A stretch of 58,581 nucleotides of DNA, filler included, from Sphacelaria rigidula (GCA_964200075.2; 4 parts of 4 records of this genome joined end to end with filler, not necessarily neighbours in it); one strand, 5' to 3'; positions 25,101-38,272 are shown, counted from the first letter of the whole stretch. Notes: generated by a model from the sequence alone, not told the origin. A program made the numbers and translations.

Positions 25101-28100
25101 GGTTCTGAAAGGTTGAACTGCCTTGTTCACCCGGCTCAGGCCTGGATTCCTCTGATTCCTCCGCCTGCAAGGTTCGGGGTGCTGAAGAGCATTGTGTAAC
25201 GTCGCTGAGTCCATCCCGCGCGCCCGCAGGGTCGACTGCGGATGTGGTGGAGGCGGAGGCAGCGCGCGGAGTTGTGGCATGGTAGTCCAACGCGGTGTCG
25301 ATGGCCGTCATAGATGCTGTAGCCGGCGACAGGAACCCAGTAACGTTTCTTTCAGTCAAGGGCACTTGCAATGCAGGGCGGATGCTCCGAGGCAAGGCGC
25401 GGCTGCCAAGGTAAGTACGCCCTACTTCTTCGAGGGCAGGGAGGGATTCGGCTGTTCCACGATAAGCGCTCTTGCCGTCGGAAGTGACTCTTACTTGATG
25501 ATTGTGGTCCCCCAAACTGCGACGAAACAAATAGAAAGAAACGAACATTAGGTCGAGATGATGTCAAAAAACACGTGGCCAGAGAACCTTCCGTGCACGC
25601 ATGATGTGGGCAGCGCACTGCGGTCGTAACCTCCCAGGTGTTCGTCTCAGAATGCAGCGCACGAAGGTTCTGGACGTGGGCTGAAGCCAACATCGGTGCG
25701 CTGCACCTATCTCTTGCCGTCCCGGGGTCACAGGTTTCAGAGAAACATGCCTTGATATACCCGCGAGCGCGTACCACCACCGCAGCCGAGAGCATCGTGT
25801 CTCCACTCGTCATGTTGAGGCTCTGACAACGCGGGTCTGCGCATTGCAACTCACGAGCAATAGCACTGAAAGGGAAAACAGTCGCTCCGGGGTTTGGGAT
25901 CTTTGCACCAACGGCACCAGGACCGTCATCATCCAGATCGGATTTGTCGGCGTGCGCTTCGGAGTATGGCCGACGAATAACGCGCCAGCTGGCGCTATGA
26001 TTCGTTATTGAAAATCATATTGCTATTTCTTCTCTGAACGAAGAAAACGTCCCCAACGTCATAATATCAGAAATCCGCGGAGCGAAGCATTCAAGTAACA
26101 ACATGTAGTCTTGTTTAGTGATTAGTGAGAAACAGAGGGAAAAGTAACGGGGTTTCATGTTGTCCTGTGTACTTTGTGGATTTCGGTTTAGAACGTCGGC
26201 ACGTACACAATTGGAGCGGAAAAAAGGTAGATTCGATGTTTCATCGTTGGTCGAGGGATTATTTTGATGTCAGCTTTGACGAATACCTCTCGTGTACCCA
26301 AGAAGAAACCTTGAAGCGTGTTCACAGTCGGAAAATCAGTAGCTCACTTTCCAACGAGGCAAAGATCACAACGACAGTTTCTGCACCTGGAATATACACA
26401 AGGAAGCCCGAATGCACGATAACATGGAACTTGCTACATGCCGCAAAACAACAAGCCGAAAAACGACGGGGTCCTCTGTTCGAGGCATGAAATGCACACA
26501 CGTCAACGTGACACGTGGCAAGGAATGTTAACAGTAACCCACGGAAACGCTTAGTGACGACAAAGGGCGAACAGAGAGGAGACAATAGCAGCCGACCCTT
26601 CGAGCTTACTTCACCAGCGCATTATCGTCGCGTGGCGGTAAGTGATTTGCAAGTACACACCGGAATAATAAGCCACACTTCAGCTAAAGGGTTTCTACCG
26701 CCGATCGAGCGCGCATGACTCCTCGTTTTTCGTCAATCACCCGCAACATCGCACTCCTCCCGACAACAACAGCAGCAACACTAACACCGAGGGTTTCTTC
26801 TACAACAACGCCTCACCTCCAAGCGGGCCCGGGCTCACGTTCAGCCTCCCGTCGCCTTCCCCCACTCCCAACCGCGTCTGCATCTGGCCACTGTCCTTGC
26901 CCCGGCTCCTCCTCTTCCTCACCATCGTTGTCCCAACTTTTCCCGTCGGAAGCAAACCATTCCTTGCAAGCGTCCAGTGCCCAGCCAGTAGCACCGCGGC
27001 GGCCGCTTACGTTGGCACGCTCATTCACCCGCTGGTTGCACTGCAGACCGCGCCCCTCGGGGGAGTTCTCGCCGAGCAGCCGGGGGTTCCCCCCTGTGTC
27101 AGCCATGAGGCCCGAACCATCACGTTCTCGGTCGTCTGCTGCAGCGGCAAGGGTCGATTGTGATGCCGCTGCCCGGCGTCGCGCCGGTAGGCCTGCACCA
27201 AAGCCATCGTGTACATCCGCGATGGCATCGCCGTCACCACGGCCGCCGTTCGAGGACAGTGCGGGAGCAGCATTAATCTCTCGCAAAGCACGCGAATCAA
27301 TTTCTTCTGGTTCGGGTGGCATTGTTGCCACTACTTTCCCAGAATGCGAAGCACCCGTCATGGAACCCAACGGGGTGAAAACAATGTCATCACGAGCAAC
27401 GGTAGTATCGATGCTTTCGACAGAAGCATTGGAAAGGCTGGCAGGACGAACGACGACGTCTTCGTCCCAACCCCTATCGGAGCCACCGACAGCACCTCGC
27501 TGTCCCGACGTGCGCCTGGTGGGATTGTCGGGGGAAGATACTGCCGATGCCGGCGATGCCAAGCGAGCAGAGTGCGGGGGAGTCTGCCTGGGAGTCACGC
27601 GCGGGGACTGTCGCGAAGATGGTGGCGTCGATATCGCGGCAAGTGCCATATCCCGAGGGGAGACAGGGGACGAAGCAAGCATCCGGACAGGTCGTCTTTG
27701 CCTACACCGCGACGTTGGGGGCGTTCCTTTGTCAGAGGTAACCGACGGTGTGATTGGTAATGCTGATGATGCGGTCACCGAAAAGCGTAGACGCCGTGAT
27801 GATGGGGTCCCCATTCCTGAGATAAAACAAGTCACTGAGACGGGTAAGTAACGGGATGAAGCGCGAAGACACCAACACCAATAGCAGCAGTCTTAAACTA
27901 TAGGTCGACAATAACAGATTTTGGGAGAATACGACAAGACCAGCGCTCACCCACGGCTCGTAGAAAGTACCCTGCAGAGGCGAGTACTGCACAGGACTAC
28001 AGGTTCACAGTACCCACCAAACTACGTGCTCAGCAGCAAAGCCCCCCCCCCCCCCCTCCAGCAACGTGAAACTCAAGGGACAACATACGCCAGAAAACAG

Positions 28101-28937
28101 CGTTCTATGGCCGCCAAACCTCCACCCCCCCGTCCCCTCCACCCCTCCAAGCTCGACCCTAATCACCTGTAAGACCTCCTGCTGCTCCTTCTTGTCGCCG
28201 TGCTCCGGTTCGTTCTCCCTTCCTATCGGTCGACGGCGTCGTCGCTCGCGGCGATTGGGCGACATGCGTCGGAGACTGAAACGCTGTGCCCGAGAGTCGC
28301 CTCATCCCGCGACCAGCTACCCGAGACTGCTTCGGAATCGCTTGAAGGCGAATTTCGTCGTTGTGCTTAGCGAACGCCCCAATCGTCGCTGGGGAGATGA
28401 TCTTTCGCGGTGCGGGGTGCTTGGGGTAAGGGAGGGACACTTTTTTCATATACTTAATGAGCGTCAAAAAAATATAATATCGGTTATTATAACACACGTT
28501 CTACACTGCAACTAACGATAACCACGTGTTAGAATACACTCGTTCGTGTACATGTTGCAACGGGTCGGTGAAGGGCTAGAGACAATGTTGACGCCTGCGT
28601 TGTTGAAAATATTACATCCCACAATGAAAGTGGGCGCGGGGCGTCAAGGGGAGCTTTTGCACGGGGGGGGGTTGGGGAAACGAGTTTGATAATTCAGCCT
28701 CAACTTGGAGCTGAAATATAGGCCCTGGTGCTTCTTTTCCCTCATGGCGATGCCAAAGTACGTATATCTCAGCCCCCCACCCCCCACCGCCCATTCCCAA
28801 GACACGCTGGATTAGTCAGCACGCAAGATCGCTCACCCAATTTTGAGGAGGAGGACTAACGCCCCCGGGGAACGCCATTCGCAGCGGCAGCGGTTCCACC
28901 GCAGCGGTGCCATCACCTCCAACGCCGCTACCGAAGT
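22118..28937 (-). CDS. CFAP20DC: CFAP20DC/C3orf67-like protein, 3' part; exons 28937-28837, 28419-28167, 27816-26817, 25516-23728, 23449-23382, 22730-22118 (~1270 aa)
   Basis: All five introns are GT-AG and phase-compatible (0,1,2,0,2). The C-terminus ELLFDPVLNCYYDKASDKYYGL resembles the recalled CFAP20DC tail ([21 protein letters not shown]). EPLPLRMAFPGGV resembles the motif following the CFA20 domain. The N-terminal CFA20 domain was not located (gap at 29244). Confidence 0.65.
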
Positions 28938-29168
28938 CTTGAGGGGAGTCAGTTGAGGGGAGAGTTGACGCAAAACAATGGGATGACACACTGGCTCAGA
29001 ACAGCTGTGGCTTCCCCGGCTAGAGGGGGAAAGAGAGGTGTCATGAAGCTGACAAGCTGCTGACTCGCTAAATTCTTTTTTTAGCAAATATTGCGACTGT
29101 GTTGTTGATCTGTTTCATCGATATAATATACTCTGAAGACACTTTCTACGATAGCCCCCCCCCCCCCG

Positions 29169-29243
29169 GAACCTTTGTAGGGATGCGAGGTCAATGGTCT
29201 GATGACTATGGCAAGCATGATCATGAGTACACCCCCCCCCCCC
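29169..29243 (+). mobile_element. Poly(C)-tailed LINE 3' fragment (variant B) inserted after the C-run of the MITE TIR
   Basis: C-run, then ...gtagggatgcgaggtcaatggtctgatgactatggcaagcatgatcatgagtaca, then a C-run. Confidence 0.7.
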
Positions 29244-29343
29244 NNNNNNNNNNNNNNNNNNNNNNNNNNNNNNNNNNNNNNNNNNNNTTAATTAATTAAN
29301 NNNNNNNNNNNNNNNNNNNNNNNNNNNNNNNNNNNNNNNNNNN
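29244..29343. other. Assembly gap with artificial linker
   Basis: N44-TTAATTAATTAA-N44. Confidence 0.95.
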
Positions 29344-29420
29344 TCCCATTTCGATTTACGCGGACATTTTGCCTCCCAAAACCATGCACTTTTTTGGGGG
29401 GAGCTATCGTAGAAAGTGTC

Positions 29421-30460
29421 AAGCAGGGAGGCAATGGTCCCTCCTCCTGAACAAAACATTGATGGAGTATACAGATATGTCACAAAGTAAAGCTAACCCG
29501 TGTGTATACAAGCAGAAGAAAAGGGGGGGTGTATGTGTCATACTAGTTGTGCATGTAGACGACATCCTGATTGGGGGCGAAAAGAAAGAATAGAGAAAGT
29601 CTGTGGTATCCCCAACACACGATTCCCGACGAACAATCAAGGTGAAGTCCAGTGGTGTATGGGGTGTGCCAAAGATAGGGACTGGAGAAGAGGTACCATG
29701 TACGTAAATCAGACGACATTTATCGACACCATGCTGAAGCGTTTTGAAGTCACGGATTTTTCCAATATTCCTCCCTCAGTATCAAGAGACTTAGGACTGG
29801 TGAAGCAAGGAGACAAGGTGGTAGATAGATCATACCGGAGTGCCGCAGGGGGGTTGATGTGGTTGGCTGGAGTAACCAGACGTGACATAGCAAATGCAGC
29901 CCGGGACCTGGCCCGTCAATCACATGACTCATGCTAAAGACACTGGCGAGGGGTGTTGAAATTCCTAGTATTCCTGAACACGGCTAGAAACTACGGTCTG
30001 ACGTTCAGTTCAGGGGAAAGTGTACTCTCAGTCTATTGTGATGCTCACTACCCAAGAAAGAGATAGACAGGCGATCAGTTTCCAGGGTAGCGGTGATGTA
30101 CGGAGAGATAGCAATGTCGAGTACTAGTCGAATGCAACACTGCGTTACGCTGTCAACCACCGAGGCCGAGTACGTTGCTACGGCCGAAGGGGCGAAATAG
30201 TGTATGTTTGTCAGGTCGGTACTATCTTTCTTACGACCAAGGGTTGTGTTGGGACGACAAATGGAGTATGATACTGTTTTTTATGAGGACAACGAGGGGG
30301 CCAAGGCTCTGGTCGACAACCCACTTAGCTCGGGTCGTAGCAAGCACACTGATGTAAGGTGGCATTTCATCAGGGACTTGGTTAGGACGGGAGCAGTAAG
30401 GACCGTACATAATATGTATTTCAGAGCGGCAGCACGCTGATATTTTTACAAAGCCGCGCC
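29421..30460 (+). mobile_element. Decayed Ty1/Copia pol fragment (RT and RNase H)
   Basis: NPCVY, VVHVDDILI, YRSAAGGLMWLAGVTRRDIANA, VYCDA, LSTTEAEYVA, EDNEGA, KHTDVRWHFIRD, QHADIFTK; multiple stops and frameshifts. Confidence 0.92.
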
Positions 30461-30999
30461 CAATCGCGCTGTTGTCATAATGAAGGTGTTAGCTATCACA
30501 CAGACATTAGCTAACATCAAGCACACAATACTACAGTAGGTTCATTCATGTAACTGCTGATTGGGGTCTCACGTGTTTTATGGCATCATATTATATCTAC
30601 AAGCAGCTCTCTAACTCAGTACAGCCGGGGCGCAGTTACAGGACCAGAGCGTAGTGATGGTGCCAGAGTAGCAGAACTAGGTCAGCGACCAAGGCAGAGC
30701 CAACAAGCAAGGCGAAGACAGAGAGTCAGAAGATGAGGCTTGAATTCCAGTCAAGCTCAATGTCTCGCCACAAGATCGACAATAACAACCGCGGAACAAC
30801 GCGTCACGGAACCCAGGGTCTACGAGCAGACCCGCACATAGTAATATATTGCAACGCCATTGAGCTTCAGCACACTAGCCCACCCCAGACCTTATGCACT
30901 TGAATCATCATCACCTCGGCACAATGCAATTGCGCCGAGGAACTTCAAAATTCAACGAGAAAGGGCTCTTCTACAATACACTCGTACAAAAACGTGAAG

Positions 31000-32700
31000 C
31001 GAAGGGAAAATATTCAGCACTTTCGACGTCGCTTCTGGATTATTCCACAATGCTATCCACCCTCACACAGTCCCACTGACGACCTTCTGTACCTCGTCCT
31101 GGGCTCTACGAGTGGCTCAGAATGCCACAAGGCGCTGCCACTGTCCTGGGATGCTTTCAACGCTTAATGCAACGCGTCATCGAGGTCTCGAGCACATTAT
31201 CATGTACCTAGATGACGCTATTGCTTTTGACGTCTCACCTATTGCACACATCCGCACTCTACGAGAATTTATCTCTCGCCTACGAACACACGGCTTGAAA
31301 CTGTCTCCATCCAAAGCTCGCCTTAGTGCAATTGACTTGGATTCTCCGGAACATTCTATTTCGCCAGCAGGCCTACACTCGGATACAAATTCAGAGCGAT
31401 GACTGACTTGTCGATGCCAACCAACATCTCTCAACTTCGCTCACTGTTGGATGGACTCTCCTACTACCGCAATGTTTAGCCGGATTTATCCAAGCGGATT
31501 CGCCCCTTACTGAGTTACTCAAGAAAGGGGGATGTTTACCTTCACCACCGATATGGAGAATATCACCCGCGAATTGTTGAAAACACTTACCAAAAAGCCG
31601 GTACTCTATTTTCCTGGTTGGGAGGCAGTGCAAAATGGCTCTCGCCTTTTCCGAATACACATTGACGCCAGCACAGACGGATTTGGAGGAGTTTTGAATT
31701 GACCTCAGGTTGACGACTTAATTCGACTCATCCTCTACATCAGCCGCGCCACCCTCCCCAACGAGGCCAACTGGAGCCCGCTAGAATTGGAAGGCGGAGT
31801 AATCACCTGGGCCATTAAGCGCTTCCGACAATATCTGTTTCACGTGCCGTTTGAGATCTACACGGATCATAACACGGGATCTTACAAATTGGGGATGGAT
31901 CTTTTATTGGGGATGAGAAACCCGGAGAATTAAAATATTCGTATCCACACCAAATCTTCGAAATATGGTTCCATTTCTTCACCTACTGATAGCGTTCGAC
32001 AACGACTACACGTCATACAAATTTGAGTATCGATAACCGAAATGTTGGGGTACTAGGTGAATTTGTTTTTGGGAATTCCGGGTGTCCGAACGGAACGCCA
32101 AAATGGTTCCGAAATTCGTTTTTCACCCAGGACCCCAACATTTCGGTGATCGAAATCCAAATTTCTACGGCGTGTAGCAGTTGTCAATAGCTATCAGTGG
32201 GTGAAAAAACAGAACTGTATTTCGAAGTTTGGTGTGGATACGAATATTTTAATTCTCCGGACTTCTCATCCCTAATAAGAGGTCCATCCCCAATTTGTAA
32301 GATCTTGTGTTTCATGGGGCACTCGAACAACCCGCCAAGGTTGGCGAGCACAACCTGCGTGTACAACGATGGTTGGAGTTCCTAACAGCGTACTAGTATA
32401 CCATAAAGCACCGTCCAGGCAAAACCAACGGAAACGCTGACCTTCTTTCTGACTACCCCTGCCGCCTACGGCCGCAGATTCCAGCCCGGCTTGCCGTCTA
32501 ACGGAACCCGATGAACCTGGGATTTATCCTGTAAGACGTTTTTCAGCTCCCGTTTATGCCCTTGACGTACAGTGCCCAGAGACTTGTGTGCACATGGGCG
32601 ATCCTCGCCCTGTACCATATGACGCCATATTGGGTGGGTTAAAGCCCACTACCTCCAATTTTGTCGATTCCCGCACTTTTGGTACTCACGCGAAGCTTTT
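31000..32700 (+). mobile_element. Decayed Ty3/Gypsy pol fragment (RT and RNase H)
   Basis: IFSTFDVASG, LYEWLRMPQG, MYLDDAI, LKLSPSK, IDASTDGFG, LELEGG, YTDH...RVQRWLEFL; frameshifted and interrupted by the 31871-32311 insertion. Confidence 0.9.
31871..32311. mobile_element. Foldback element (441 bp, ~190-bp arms) with 4-bp TSD
   Basis: TCAT-aacacgggatcttacaaattgggg...ccccaatttgtaagatcttgtgtt-TCAT. Removing it restores the RNase H frame YTDHGALEQPAKVGEHNLRVQRW. Confidence 0.88.
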
Positions 32701-33284
32701 TGTGAAAACACCTTCGGCCATCCACCTAGTCTCCGACAACACGCGCTCCCGGTCTGCCGCCCGCACCCCGCCCCGAGTGTCCCGCCACCACGGATAACAT
32801 CTACAAACCCCACGAGCCACGCAGCACCGGCCCAACGGACCAGTACGCAACGCTCCGCAAAAACTACTGCAACGTACACCACGCGCCGCGGGGAATCTTC
32901 GCCGCGCGCTGCTACAACCCCGCCGCCCATAACGGCGCAACCTCTTCTTGCACGAAATTCCAAGTCAGATCGCCCTTGAAAGGAGTAACGGTTGCTCGAA
33001 CGAGCTTATTATAGATATATAACGCTTGTTCATACCGATTGACACCGTTTTGAATCAAATACATGCGCAACGCGAGTGTGGCAGGTCGTCTGACACACTT
33101 TTGAGCCCCTTTTTTCGTGCAATCAAATACCCCCCCCCTATCGTAGGATGACTCCTACATCTACTGCTCCCAAGCATGGAGCCGAGGGCTCAGCTCCTGC
33201 TCCCGGGGGAGATATTGACGTCGGCATTCCTGCCCCGTTGCCGACTCCCCCGCTGCCAACCCCACCAAGTATGGTCGGCTCTTC

Positions 33285-33737
33285 TGTCATGGTTCAATAC
33301 TCACCACCTAGGTAGGAAGGTGCTAGTTCAGTGGGCACCGGGGGCTAGCGGGCCCAAACACAATCACTAGTGTCGAAGCCATTGAGCTCGACGTTACCAA
33401 GTGTAGAGTCAGTCACCGCACCAGTGGTCAGGTGGCATGCCGTGGGCCGCGCAGGCTGCAAGACAACATGTGTTGCATGAAGGTCAGGCTTACACTTGTG
33501 AAGACCAGAGAACCCTCTGATACCGCAGTCCGTGATGGCGTGGATGCTCTTCTATTATTGGCGTACAGGCTAACTTGTGCTTTGCTAGTTGAGATGCATA
33601 GTCCAAGACGCTGTGACAGATGGGGGCAGCCGGCTCGATCCAACCACAATGTAGTATGACCCATCAGGTACCAAGCATGACAAAGTATGACACATGGGAA
33701 CCTAATGGACTGGCCAATGGCCAATAAATCTGTAACA
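33285..33737 (+). mobile_element. Probable solo LTR
   Basis: TGTCA...AATAAA-tcTGTAACA; flanks TCTTC / TCCTC (near-TSD); homologous over its full length to 38921-39378. Confidence 0.7.
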
Positions 33738-34439
33738 TCCTCCTAGCCATATTTATATGGCTAAAGGAAAATGTATCGGAGGGCTGGAAGGGCCAAAACA
33801 AAAACAAAGCCTGTGCATCATACGCCTGAAAGAAAAACGAGAAAAACCTGCTGAATCACAGTACAGGGGAAAGCTCGTTGCAGATCCAATGAATAGGTGA
33901 ACCCTGATAAGTGGGGGAAAACTCCATCCGTTAGGAAACGGAAAAAATCTATAACGCCCTTTCCAACGACAGAAACAGCAGACAATTACGGTCGCTGTCG
34001 TTTTCCCGGGATCTCAGTTAGACTGGAGAACGATCGGCTAGTTACCGTGATCGCGCATCGACACCCCGGATCAGTTAACCTAGAGTCTGGGGTAGTGCGG
34101 GGCTTGAACCTCGCTAAAAACAACCTTTCCGCGAACTGATCATTAGCTACAGGAGTGCAGCTTCGAGGGGTACTCTTCTGTAACTACTGATATCTTTTCT
34201 ACTGGAAATAGAGCCCACGCGCCTTGGCTCACACATGTGCTCGTATGTTACCAAATGGGGAGCAATCGAAAACAAAGCGACAAAAGAAAAAGACAACAAC
34301 ACTCGAAATTCACGACTGAAGCGTACGGTAGCACCGAAATATGGTTACTCATTCCCTTATTTCATCACCGCATTCCTCTCGCAATAATATAATATACCAC
34401 ATCACACAACAGCTATTCGTAAACGTCCATGGCTCCAGT

Positions 34440-34650
34440 TTTTCTTTGGTTCCTCCGTTCCAGCGTGGGGCGCTCGAGTTCCCGGCGAGATAGCTCTTCC
34501 CAGTCTCCATCTTCGTATCGTAATCGCCGAAAGAAATTCCCATAATCATACACGTGGTGCTTCAGCTCGGCACTGCTATAGCTTTTTCAGGAGGTAGCAC
34601 CTATGGGCAAAAGCTTCAAGGCATCACTACGTGGGTAAGCGTGGTGCTTC
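34440..34650 (-). pseudogene. Remnant encoding a Tudor-like module, probably retroelement-derived
   Basis: LLPIGATS*KSYSSAELKHHVYDYGNFFRRLRYEDGDWEELSRREL; the Y-x-D-G-D-x-E-E-L pattern is typical of Tudor-like barrels; in-frame stop. Confidence 0.55.
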
Positions 34651-35116
34651 GAGGGCGATGGCGGGGTCGAAGAAAGTGTGGGGTGATACAGGTGCAAAAG
34701 GCTCATGACGCAGTATGGGGCAATGGGCTGTGGGAAAATACATGAGGAACTGTGATCAAAGGAAAGGTGTGGACGATGAAGACGACATAAATGTGCCAAA
34801 AGTGCGATGATGCTAGACAGGGAAATATAAAAATATTTCGATGTTTTGCAACGAGTCGCACCAGAATGTACGTTATCACCCTCTCTACTCGAGGTATTCT
34901 TTGATGACCTGATACTAGCGTTAGACATTGCAAAGCAAGGGGTAAAGTTGCTGAAGAAATTGGAAGCAGTGCAGCTGGCAGCAGCTAAAATAATACTTTG
35001 ATGCGGAAACGGTGCAAATGGCAGCAGCTGAAAGAATACTTGGATGCAATAAAATTAGTGAACAGTACAGATTGCAATAGCTCAGAGAATACTTTGATGC
35101 AGTGAAGTTGGTGAAG

Positions 35117-35278
35117 GAGTTGGGAACAGTGCAGATGACAGCAGCTAGGGGAATTACTTGGATGCTCGAAACAAATGAGTACGCCTCCCCCTTTGGTGGA
35201 GAAGTTGGGAATAGTGCAGATTACAGCAGCTAGGGGAATTACTTGGATGCTTGAAACAAATGAGTACGCCCCCCCCCC
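35117..35278 (+). repeat. ~85-bp tandem duplication ending in the LINE terminus aacaaatgagtacg-C(n)
   Basis: agttgggaaYagtgcagatKacagcagctaggggaattacttggatgctYgaaacaaatgagtacgcc occurs twice. Confidence 0.8.
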
Positions 35279-36030
35279 TTTTGAAGTCTTTCCCTTTTCC
35301 CCACCCGCCAGTGCCTGAAACAACATAGAGTTCTCGACAATCCAACGTGGTGACAGATACAGGCAATGCAGTCCAATACCGGGACAAATTCAGGGGTCAG
35401 GTGGAATGTGGGTGTGGCGTTCCAGTTTGGTCCCCCTCAAGGTGGGACGCAAACACTTCGGGTATGAGGTGTTTCGGATGGGGTGGGCGGATATGGAAGG
35501 AACTTCTTACTATTGAGACAGCGGTGGTACGTGTGTAATGTTTACGGCCAGTCCAGAGCTCGAAGGGAAACGTGTCAGACGGTAGCATGGCGCCGGGTCG
35601 TCGGGTAGGGTACGATTGCGCAAGAGTGTGCGTGAAACGTACTCTCTCTGGGGCCAAGATTTGTGCAATTCTGTAACCTTTTCAGCAGCCGTCCCCCTTG
35701 GTTCTCGAATCCTGTGAAACTGTAGACATAATCATGGCGAAAAGAAAAATAGACAACACATGCTGAATAAAAATATAATAATGAGGTACGTTGTACTAAA
35801 TATACGGAGACAAAGCACAGAAATGACAAGAAACGTGACCTCACAGGCATGAGTCGTACATTGATGGTCATTGGGCGAGTCTCTACTTCGTATGTCATAT
35901 CCTAGCTGAGCCGCCATAAGACCACCGGATTGTGGTGGTGAAGTCTTGCTGCAGTTGTACGGCACATAAGTTTGACAGCAAAAGGAGAGCGCGCGTTTAC
36001 CTTCATCGTGTAGCAATACTGTTGGCTTTC

Positions 36031-36260
36031 CTACTTATTTAGAACATCGGTCAGCGGGGCGACTAGAATGCTACGCTCCTGGACAAACTGTCCAAGGTAC
36101 CCGGTGGGTCTAGAAACGAACGTAGTTCTTCGACTGTACGGACGTGACATCTGAGCAATTGCGTTGCGTTTGGAGGGGGCTGGTTGTATGCCGGTATTAT
36201 CGATCATCAGGCCAAGGAACTTGTGAGACCCTGCAGTAAAGATGCATTTGGCGAATTTGG
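36031..36260 (-). mobile_element. Ty3/Gypsy RT C-terminal/connection fragment
   Basis: KCIF...KFLGLMIDNTGIQPAPSKRNAIAQMSRP...TGYLGQFV...VAPLTDVL. Confidence 0.7.
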
Positions 36261-37919
36261 CGAATTTCACCAAACATAAAATCGTGTAGTCGACAAACTT
36301 TGCCGGGGAAAGTTGGGTGAGCAACATCTCGGTCAAGAAGCTTGTGCATTTCTTCTCTGATCATGCGGCGTTCTTATGGTGGGAGGCCGCGTTGTTTTGT
36401 GGCAAGGGGTGTGCACGCGAGACAACAATCAGCAAAAAATATGGAACTCGTGCTTCGCCGCCCCCAAGGGGGTTCAGCGACCACATCAGCGGAATGAGTG
36501 TCTGAAAACCATATGTAGGGTCTGTAAGAACTGTCAAAGACACGGTCTGTAGTCGCGCAGTCAACTTGCATGGTACGCTGGTCATGAAAGGCAAAAAGAT
36601 AAAGCAGGGAAACTAAGTCTGCGTACTGCATAAGTAGAAACAAGACATTGCACGAAAATATTTGTGATTGCATGGTATCGAAAGCCAAGTTTAAAGCAAT
36701 TGAACAAAGTAGCATCCAACTACGGTATCAGGAAGGGACAAGGTAGTAGTCAACTACGGTACAGGGTGCGTCAAGAAGTCAACCTGTTGAATAGCAAACC
36801 ATACAATCGATCACCAGAGTGGGGTAAAAATGGAGATCATGTCAAGTGACACCAAGGCAATAGCCCTGCCACCAGAATCCTATAAAAAGGTACATGGGAT
36901 TAGCTATACCGAGCCAGATTGCTGACACTCCACGCCGCAACATACCGTCATGAGCAAACCGTTCAGTGTTGCCGTCATGAGTAAACCGTTCAGTGTTTCC
37001 TGCGTGTCCTCCCCAAAGCAATCACGTCCAGCGCCGGTTCCCTCATCGGGATGTGGCACCCCCAAGGCAAGAGAGTAGGTGAAACAGGGAGGAAGTAATA
37101 GAGGGCACGGTTAGTATGCGTTGAAAGTCTTGGAGTCCGTGAAAGTATGGCTCGGTTTCATACCACGTGACGCAGATCGAAAAGTCGTGTGCCGGGCGGT
37201 AAATTCAGCGTTTCGGCCTTGCGAACCAGATAAATGAAACGATTACAAGCGGAATCCTGCTCAAGCATGATGAATACAGGCAGCGCAACCGACAAGGCCC
37301 TGCAGATAGCCTACACCCGCACGGTCAAAAGAAAAACATCACGATCGCCAAATACAAAATTACCAAGACATGAAATGAAAATTCGTGCAGCTCTGCAGAG
37401 CAAGACGACGGCGGCGCAAAATTATAAAACACGCAATACAATCGGGTGGCTCAGAAGAAAGTTATGGTAGACACGATACCCGGAGATGCAGAAAATATTT
37501 AGTGCATGATGAACGAAAATCAATCAAGACCGAAAAAATTGGAAGCTTTACCGCACGTTTATTTCACAAACCCCCATGGCCATGGCCACAATAAAAATGC
37601 AAAATACATACTGATCATGGTGGGTTGATTGTCCCAATTCAATATGCAACAAAACTACCGAAATAATATGGAGAATGCCTAGGACACGATCATTGCTGGT
37701 TAGGTACAGCAATGATATTATGGCTGAACAGGTGTAGGTCAGGCGAAGGTGATACGATGCAGGCGACAATGACAAAACAAAAACTGTGCGATCAGATCGA
37801 AGCAAGGTTCAAAAAGAACATGAGGGCGGAAAATACGCGTGCACATAACATGCGATGCGATAGCAAGCGAGAAAAGTACAGCCGACAGTAGGCGGTAGAG
37901 GCAAAAACAACTCAACAAG

Positions 37920-38066
37920 CGGGACAACAACAGCAAACCAGGGCAGCAGAAAGCACGGTGGAAACAGCAGCAGCAGTAGCAGCAGCAGCAACAGACAACC
38001 ACAACAACAACAGCAGCAACAGGAATAATAGACAACAACGACAACAGACAACAGACAACAAACAAC

Positions 38067-38111
<45 letters not shown>

Positions 38112-38272
38112 ACAACAACAACAAACAACAACAACAACAACAACAACAAACAACAAGAGCCGATAACAAAAGCGACAGACGGTAACAGCAGCACAATAAC
38201 AGAGACAAAGGACAACAACGAAAACCGCCACAAACAAACAACGAACAGCCACAACAACGGATAACAACAACG
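37920..38272. repeat. Long compound (CAA)n/(CAG)n microsatellite
   Basis: Direct reading; it explains the poly-C/L/V/T ORFs in the track. Confidence 0.95.

Larger units (their letters stand above)
29138..29420. mobile_element. GACAC-TIR MITE ends on either side of a gap
   Basis: gacactttctacgatagccccc at 29138 and its reverse complement ending at 29420; same family as 41816-42064. No TSD, so the two ends may belong to different copies. Confidence 0.65.

Noticed and set aside
26715-27851. 378-aa plus-strand ORF (also 24167-24955)
   Set aside because: These are antisense shadows of GC-rich exons; the minus frame has phase-consistent splice sites.
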